This document shows, piece after piece, positions 55,853-64,000 of a stretch of 64,000 nucleotides of DNA (position 1 is the first letter of the stretch; each line of letters begins with the position of its first letter). The notes beneath the pieces were generated by a model. That model had not been told where the DNA came from. It made no database searches and saw only the letters and a program-made list of their open reading frames with translations. Source of the DNA: Tubulanus polymorphus (taxonomy: Eukaryota > Animalia > Nemertea); assembly GCF_964204645.1 (NCBI RefSeq), contig NC_134025.1:17273101-17337100 (forward strand), read 5' to 3'. A program made the translations under genes and the position numbers.

Positions 55853-57248
55853 TTAAAATTTAGAATATAATATTCCTCCTATTATAATACCTATACAAGT
55901 TATAGCTAATTTAGTATTTTCATGTGATTTATTATCATTATTACTTTTAATTATTTCATGTTGAATAATATCAGTCTTTATATTTTGTGTAGTATGGTAA
56001 TCTTTTATTTTAGAATCATTATTTAATTTAATATTCTTTGTTTTAGTTTCTCTTGATTGAAAATGGTTTTTAATTTTTTCACCTTTCATTAGTTTTGGAG
56101 CAGGGATAATCTTTTTATTTATATCATTTAATCCAAACTTATTATTTATTGTTGCAGTTTTAATTGAATTATTATAACCAATTATATTTCCCATCTTTAA
56201 TATTAAATCATCAGAAATAATTAACAAATTAGAACCTATACAATAATTTAATCTAATATGTGATTTATCTAAATAATTTTGATATCTTACTATATTTTCT
56301 GGAATTGATCTATTTTTATCATTATGAATTGAAACTTTTACAAAATATTACAAACAAATATTACTTGAATTGTTTCTGTGTATCAAATGATGTATTTAGA
56401 TTTCCAATTATCGGGGATCTCGTTTCAACCTGTGATCCTAATATACAAATCAAATAAGTTCTAATTGATTGATTTATTCGCTGTATACCTGATTTTGTAA
56501 ATCCTTCACTATTTTCTAAAATAAAATAAACCCAACCATTAGTATTTTCTTGTTTTAAATTATCATAAAATTTCGGTAATTTATTGAAATTTAATGTTTT
56601 TAAATCCATAGTTTCTATTTTACCATAACCTAATTTATGACTATATATATTGTAAAAACTATTAATTGGTAAGGGAAGTGCACAATATTGTGCACTATTT
56701 TTAGGGCAAGGAAGTGATCTTATTGTTCCAATTTTTGTTCTAAAATCAGAATTATTTTTATTTATATTAAATTCATTACAAATTTTATAAAACTTTGATA
56801 AATTAATATTATTATCTAATTCTTTAAAATATCTAGATCCTGGTTAAGGACACTCTAATTCATTTAATATTAATCTTATTGGAAAGTATGTATGAAATCT
56901 AAATAAACATTAAATTAATTTATATTTAGAATTATTCAAATGATCATTCCAACTACTTCCACATCCTGGTGTTGCGCAATAAACTGCAAAATTTAATTGG
57001 TTCTGTCAATACTTCATATTATATTTTAATAACCATTGTTTTGCCTCATTAAAATTTTTAAAATTAATTACGTAAATATTGAATATATTCTCCACCTTAA
57101 CATTAAAATTAGTAGTTTCAGTAACATAAATATCTAAATTAATTAATGAATCTTAAACTTCATTTCTATATGAAATATCTTTATTAAAATCTATTGCTGG
57201 AATATTATATTTAATTGATTTATTATATTGGAAAGCTTTTATTGCCAT
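55853..57248 (-). pseudogene. Conserved Polinton hypothetical protein with a C-terminal TM helix
   Basis: QLNFAVYCAT.GCG, FHTYF..R.IL, GFTKSGI.RINQSIRTY..CILGSQ..TR, ending LAITCIGIIIGGILY. The 3' end is repeated at ~63750-63830. Confidence 0.65.
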
Positions 57249-57262
57249 TTATATAATAAAAA

Positions 57263-57694
57263 TTTAATAATTCATCTATTCTTTTAATTTATCTTGTTCT
57301 TCAATTGTTATATTACCATTTAAACTAATAATATAATCTAATTTTTTTTTCAATTTATTAATTTCTTTTATATTAGATTTTATTTTTTCTTTATTACTTT
57401 TTATTTCTAATTTTGAACTTATGCCGGTTAATACACTTGAACTTAAACCTAAAGCTCCAATTGAGATAGCTAAAGGTGTTAATGGTAAGAATATTGGTAG
57501 AAATGTTATTACAGAACTAATTGCAACTGAACTACTAATAATAAAATAATATATAATTTTACTTTTTAAATATTTTTCTTTTTAATTTTTAAATCATTTT
57601 CAAATTCTAATATTTGTTTTTCCAAATATAATTTTTATTTAGTTTTATTTATATCATGAGGAATAATATCAATATTATCAACTTTATCATCCAT
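57263..57694 (-). pseudogene. Small Polinton membrane protein
   Basis: ATAAATG start, with a hydrophobic segment (ISSSVAISSVITFLPIFLPLTPLAISIGALGLSSSVLTG) flanked by Lys-rich helices. Confidence 0.5.
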
Positions 57695-57712
57695 TTATTT
57701 TGTAAAAAAATT

Positions 57713-58171
57713 ACTAATTAGTAAATTCATAAGCAACAAATAATACAATAATTGTTCCACATAAAATCCAAATTATTTCATATTGTTGTTTTTCTTTACT
57801 TGGGGTATAATAATCTGATACTTTAGGTTTATATAGATGTAATTTTTTCACGATTTGTTATTGCGTAATATAAACTCATAGCATCATCAACTGACTTAAA
57901 ATCTCTATGTGAAATATTTTGATTATATAATTCTTTGTTCTTATAGTTATAATTCTTTGATTATATAATTCTTTATATAATCCATATAATTTTGCCTCTT
58001 TCCTCTATATTCATCTGCAGCTTTATTATATTTCTCTAACTCTAAGTTATGTCTTTTTTCTTCTGCTAATGAACAATTTTTATCAATATGTTTAAATATA
58101 TATCCCCCGCCAGTAAATGCTAAAGCGTTAACAATTGCCGATCCTATAATAGTTATAATTGCAGATGCCAT
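57713..58171 (-). pseudogene. Small conserved Polinton protein (GSAIVNALAF.G...EEKRH)
   Basis: ORF 57947-58171 plus a frameshifted tail ending in a hydrophobic stretch. Confidence 0.6.
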
Positions 58172-58561
58172 TTATTTAACAAAAAAATTACGCGTCAATA
58201 GGAGGAATATATTTTTGTTTTCTAAATAATCAATTGTTAATTAGATAAAATAACTGCTAATGTTAATTTCAAAATATCATTGATATCAAATCTATCAACA
58301 TAAATACTTCCCATTTTAAATACTTTTTTAATACCATTGTATAACCAACAGTTCCCACTGATAATAATGCTCCATTATATTAACCAGTTATTATCCACTA
58401 TTATCCAAAAAAATCACTATCTTCAAAATATTTAGTTATCTTATTTATAATCATTTCAACATTTATAATATTATTAGTTTCATTTTTATATATTTCAGTT
58501 ATTTTTTAATATCATCAATGATAAAATCTTCATCTAATTCATAAAATCTTAAAGACCTGAA

Positions 58562-59630
58562 ATGATTTGGAAAAGACCTTTTCTATTTTATGACAAGAAT
58601 AATATAAAAGATCATTTCTGTGAGCCTTGTCAAATAAAATATAGCCCTGAAAATATAGAAGATTGGGAGAATCATCAATTTCGTAAAGCACATATAGATA
58701 AAATTTCTAATAAATTTGAAGCAGAATTTAATGAAAGAAAAAATAATATATTAGAAAAAATAAAACATGAGAAAACGTTTCCAGATAATAAAGAAACACT
58801 TGAAAAGTTAGAAAAACAATATAATGAATTAGTAAGAAAAACATATTATTGTAAATATTTTACATTGATTATTACAACAAGTAATTCAAATCTAGATAAT
58901 AGAACAATAAAACATAAAGAAAACGTAAGAAAATACCAACAACTTAATGAAGGTCTATTGCCAAGATATGATAGAAAAAAAATTCCCACAATGTATTTAT
59001 GAGTACTTAAGACAAGAAGATTCTGTGATACTTTGTAATGAATGTGGATGGCAAAGAAATTTATGCGGTGATGAAAAAACTAGAGATTTTCGTTTAGAAC
59101 CAAAATTAAAATATCTAGATGAAATTTTTCTACGTAAGATCATACCAGAATATAAGCAATGGCTTGAAAAAATTAAAATGATAGAAAATAAAAATGGTGA
59201 AATAACTAAGAAAGATATAATAAAAACAATTATTCCATCAACATGTAACACTAAAGAAAAGAAAATGTATTTATATTTATTATTTAACGATCATTATGAA
59301 AAACCTAAATTAACAAAAGAAGATATGGAAAATATAAAATAAACATTCACAAACATTAAAATATTATGTGGATAACAAAATAACAGATTCAATTAATTAT
59401 GAATTCTTTTAAAATAAGATTGTAAATTTTTTAAACATAAATATTATAATTACATTTGATGAATTAACAAACAAAAAGAAAGCGAGAGAAAATGTGGAAT
59501 AATATAGAATTTCATCTAAATGAGAAAAATGAAATGGAAGAACCTAAAGAAATTATAGAAAATCAATTTGATGAAAATAAAGAAACCAATAGTGATTTCG
59601 AGTATGATGATATTGATTTTCTGTTTTAAT
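58562..59630 (+). pseudogene. Zinc-finger-like accessory gene convergent on polB
   Basis: FCEPC...WENH..RKAH (U1/matrin-like C2H2 spacing), a further CNEC, and an acidic tail. Frameshifted. Confidence 0.5.
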
Positions 59631-60068
59631 AACCATAAGGTAATGTTTTTATTCCATCACCCAAAATATATCGTCGAATGGATTCAAACTAGTTTTTTCA
59701 ACTTCATTAATTTTCACCTCGTTTTCTTCTGATCTTAAACAATTCATTTTATGTTTCATTACAATTGAGTTATATAAACACTTAATCTTGAAATTCTATA
59801 TGCTTGTCTACCACATGCTTTGTTATTCCTTTTAACTTTTTAGCTTCATGATCTTTTGTTCTATAACTATACATTTGACTTCTTATCCCAATAAATTCAA
59901 TCATTTCATCACCCCCTAATTCATCTTTAAATTTACCAGGCTGCTTTTTATCACCATTGCTAAATAATTCATGATCTTTTGGATAATTTCTAAAATCAAA
60001 ATGATGTTTAAATGTTTTTAAATCTTTTCTTACGTCATTTGTCTTGGTTTTAGTATGTAACTGTCAGT

Positions 60069-61428
60069 ATTTAAGCAAATTAATGGAAATCCATAGTTAA
60101 ATGTGCCATCTTCAGTTGACAAATCATAAACATAGTAAGTTGGGTTGGATGTTTCAAATAAATAACTTCTTCAGTTATTTCTTTTTCTGCATGCCTTAGA
60201 TTAAAACAATTTGGTTTAGATTTAATCAATCCAATCATATTAAAACCCATCCTCCCCCGGCAGGGATTCGAACCTGATGGCATCGAGATTGCCACGGCAC
60301 GAAACCCTGCCACAATCGACCGTGTGCGCAGATACATGCGCAGTTCAGATGATGTGATTTTTAGCCAATCACAAATCCCGTTTTATTTTAGCCCGGGTTT
60401 TCCCATTATAGTTCCTCCTTGAAATTTGCCTCAACGATTATACAACGAGCAATCTGATTGGTGCCGCCAGTTTTCGTTCAGGTCGTCTATGGCAGGGGTT
60501 CGTGCCGTGGCTGAGTGTAGCGATGCCATCAGGTTCGAGTCCCTGCAGAGGGAGGATGATTAAAACCTAATGAATTACATAATATATTTAATCCTGATAT
60601 AGCAACTTTTCCTTTTTGTGCAAATGTTATCTTTTTATCCTTTGTATATTTTTTTGTTCCATTTGCTGCGTAGAATCCTATAAAATACCATTTTCTTAAA
60701 TTATATTTTGCATTTAATACATAATCTGGAACTATCTTTTCTTTTGTTGAAGTATTAGTTTTCACTATTGCATGATTATAGAATTCATCATTATATTTTA
60801 AAGCAAAATCTTTAGGGTTATTCACAAGTATTCTATAAACTGCCGATGATTTCATATGATATCCACGATTCTAAATGTTTTATTTAAGATAAACTTCTTC
60901 ACAGTATTTATATTCTTTCTAATAATTTCAAACCTTGATTGCATAAATACCAACAATATTTATTACCACTAACATAATTATACACACCTGCTGAACCATC
61001 TCCCATAAAACATCCTTTAATAATATATTCTTTTTCTTCTAATGTTTCTGGTTCTATGTAATGAATAATGAAAAATGATTCATTTTTGGGTAAAATCTTT
61101 TATGTAATAACTCATCTCCAATTTCTATATCATTGGTTTTATTTCATCACCATTTTGTTTAATTAAACTGTGATCTTCAGTAATATCTACAAACCTTAAT
61201 TTAGTTCTAACTCTATAATTTTTTTAAATTTGTTTTATGCCTAATAATATTCTTTAATTTTTTCCATCCATTTCTTGTCCAAACATCCATTAATCCATTT
61301 ATTTGTATTAATTCTTTTTCACCATATGAAATATAAGATTTATTTTGATTAGGAATTATTTCTGAAATTTTTCTAATTAATATTTGATTATTGTATTTTA
61401 ATAATATTGGAGTATCAGCTGTTACAGA
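60069..61428 (-). mobile_element. Intein with LAGLIDADG homing endonuclease (degenerate)
   Basis: Block A SVTADTPILL; VWTRNGW...IIRHK; block B VDITEDHSL; LAGLIDADG-like KGCFMGDGS and FIGFYAANG; block F YVYDLSTEDGTF; block G LICLN followed by extein Thr. Several frameshifts and one MITE interrupt it. Confidence 0.93.
60248..60558. mobile_element. 311-bp MITE with a 9-bp TSD inside the intein
   Basis: CATCCTCCC..GCAGGGA(T/C)TCGAACCTGATGGCATCG TIRs (~70 bp, imperfect) and TSD ATTAAAACC (60239-60247/60559-60567). A related fragment lies at ~2889-2950. Confidence 0.9.
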
Positions 61429-63835
61429 ATCAAAATATAATATTTCAATATGGTTTTCCCCAAAAGGTGGGGACGATGATCTCTAGAGTGAGATCGAAAC
61501 GTCGTGTCTTATATATATTTTAGATTGAATAAATAAATTCTTTTAATCTGTAAATAGTGGGATTTTGTCTTATTATCCGTTCACCACGTTTGAGTGTGGT
61601 TATCGTTCTACTTGTGGTGATGAGTGAGGAAAAAGAAATTACTTGTGGTGATGAGTGGTGTGTCGCCCTCTCGCCCTCTGGTATGAAACCCACATTTCCC
61701 AATTACTCACATTGTTGGAAAGAACACCTATCAATGAACAGTAACTGAGCAATTTTTTAAAAATTCTTTTACAGTTTTAGGTAATTTGTAAGCTATTTTA
61801 TGTTGCTATCATTATTTTCTATGCTAGCTTTCCTTGACAGATGGCAGCACAGAATCAGTGACGTGATAGGTGCTTAACATCTCAGTGGTTATGATCGCGG
61901 TGCATCAAACAGTTCATACCATCGCAGATCTGGAACCCTGTGGTTTCCATGCCCTCAAACCTTCTGTAACTGAGGTCAGGCAACTACTACATTCAAGAGC
62001 GAATAATACTTAAGTTTTCCCATCCTGGTCATACACTTCTCTTTAATCCTCTGGATTTGTTTTCTTGTATAAATTCTAAAAGAACACTGATAACTTAAAA
62101 TAATTTAAATTTAAGCATGGAATTCAAGTTTTTGTGGGTTAATCTCTTATCTTGTGCACAACGAAGCTAGAGTATGCTAACAAATGACAAATATGTTAAG
62201 AAATGACTATTTTGTGGATTTACTTATTATCTCATGAGTTGTGTGCTGCTATTTTGCTTTAAACACCGTCTAAATATAATGTTTCAACTTGGAAATTAGT
62301 TCTGACACTTTCTAATGTCAACAGTGACTTAGGTATCCTCGGAATATACATACTCGCGAATGCAACAGGACTTTAAAGCTGACTTTTTCATTGCATTCTT
62401 AGTGCTAGATTGGAAAAGTTGTGCTCTTTATTCACTCTTGCCTGTTAGTAACAAGCAGCTGGGGTCCAGCGAAGCAGCGATGCTCAGTGTTTTCTAGCTC
62501 GGAGTATGGCTACTTACAGCTGTCAGTATCATTTAAATCGTTGTTGATACTGGCTCTGAGAATGAAATACCGCGATCATAACCACTGGGATAGACTTACT
62601 TTTACTACTATAGTCAGATGAACTTGATTCAATGCCGCCTTTGTTGTCAGAATTAGGTCTATTGACTAGTTCAAACATATATATGGTTGGATAATATTAT
62701 CCACCGGTGTGAACTTCAAATCACTGAACCTTTTGGTCTTTTATTAAGAACGTTTATAATGACAATCTAAGATGTATAATGAATGGTACTCTACGGTTGT
62801 TTAGCACCAATCACGTCATAATCCACGCCATCTTCCGGTGAAAATTGGGAACTTACACAGCTATTTTTAGCAGAAAATCTGAGGCTTGAAGACAAGATTT
62901 AAAACCATTTTTTCAAATGACATACTTATTTTTCACACACGAAATTTATATTTTGAACATATACCTAACACATGATAAAGAAACTATGGGCAGTCAGGAT
63001 GATGGCATGTGCTCTTTAAAGATTCTATTTCTTGATCTGTTGCATCTAATAATCCTTCCGGTGAAAGTTTTTCAGTTTGAACTTCCATTGATTTAAGTTT
63101 ACTGGTTTTTGAATTAACAAATTCTTTAGGAATTGTTTCTGGTTCTAAATTATTATTGATTATTTCAAATAAGTCTTCAATTCTTTGTTTAAATACTCTT
63201 TAATTTTGGTTTATTTCTGTGTCCGTAACATTTTCTATTTCATTACAATTACTTATTCTTTTAATTCTAGGTAGTTCTAATTTTTTCAAAGTTTATTCTG
63301 CTAATATCTTATTTTGATTTTTATAAGATATTAATATAATAATCATCTTTGCAAACGATAATAATATTCGCCATCTAAAAATGTCAATTCTCTTACTAAA
63401 TGTCTAGTACCTCTATCATTTATATTATATCCAGAATTCCTTAAAACAGGCTCTTATTTATACATAGATTAATTATACTCTAATTTAAAAAATCAAAAAA
63501 ATCTGGATTTTCATTTTCAACATCTATTCTAGATTTGGCTCTTCTATCAAACTCCCCTGTTGATGGTCCTTTAGAACCACTATCTGCTAAATTAGAATTA
63601 TATGCTGTTTCGTTATCATTACTAAAACTTGTGTCAGTAAAATCAGGTGGTTGTTCATCAGTTATACCAGGTTCATTGAAAGTATTCATTCCAATTTCTT
63701 CACCACCTTCTACATCCATTTATATATACAAATTTTATACATTTTAAATTAATGTTCCACCAATTACAATTCCAATATAAGTTATAGCTAATTTAGTATT
63801 TTCATATGATTTATTATTATTATTATTACTTTTCC

Positions 63836-64000
63836 ATTATTTCACGCTTTAAATGTTCCGAATTCTTTAACATTCTTCAATGGTAAAAAATTTACAATAC
63901 TAGAATTACAAAATGTACTTTTATTTGCTTCAAATGTTTTTGTAGGATCTATTAAATTGCAATAAATATAAAAATGCGTAAAAGGTATCAAATTTGGTGT
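63836..64000 (-). pseudogene. Penton-like fragment from a further, oppositely oriented Polinton copy
   Basis: The - strand reads TPNLIPFTHFYIYCNLIDPTKTFEA, matching TPNLIPFTHFNIYCYLIDPTETFEA at ~43421-43495 (+). Confidence 0.7.

Larger units (their letters stand above)
59626..61468 (-). pseudogene. polB: Polinton PolB C-terminal part containing an intein; 5' part deleted
   Basis: FGENHIEILYFD-[intein]-TDSYILK..KHHFDF.NYPK.HELFSN..KKQPGKFKDELGG...RRYILGDGIKTLPYGY*. Homologous to 13860-14100. Confidence 0.92.

Noticed and set aside
60500-60558. tRNA or tRNA-derived SINE (GGTTCGAGTCCC T-loop-like motif)
   Set aside because: It is one arm of the MITE's terminal inverted repeat, mirrored at 60248-60300 and bounded by a 9-bp TSD. 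No cloverleaf is evident.
60069-61428. Host Hedgehog-type Hint domain
   Set aside because: It starts with Ser, contains LAGLIDADG motifs, ends Asn|Thr and sits exactly within PolB YxD|TDS. These are features of a true intein.

Overview
This is eukaryotic DNA, almost certainly an animal genome and probably an invertebrate. It is a repeat graveyard: I see no host gene, rRNA/tRNA gene or CRISPR array. The backbone is at least three decayed copies of one AT-rich Polinton/Maverick (adintovirus-like) family. Copy A is on the + strand at ~3.2-16.6 kb. Copy C is on the - strand at ~42.5-45.2 kb and 63.0-63.8 kb. Copy B is on the - strand at 45274-61707, with AGT...ACT TIRs and a 6-bp TSD. These are interleaved with Ty3/gypsy LTR elements (one with Gmr1-type PR-IN-RT order), two CR1/L2-type LINEs, a Helentron carrying a spliced two-protease (putative deubiquitinase) gene, and many MITEs, nested up to six layers deep. 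The standout observation is in Polinton B. Its protein-primed DNA polymerase carries a full-length but now frameshifted intein with a LAGLIDADG homing endonuclease, inserted in catalytic motif C (YFD|SVTADTP...LICLN|TDS, 60069-61428). Polinton A in the same window has the empty allele (YFD|TGS, 13931/13932). All calls were made by eye, without database searches.
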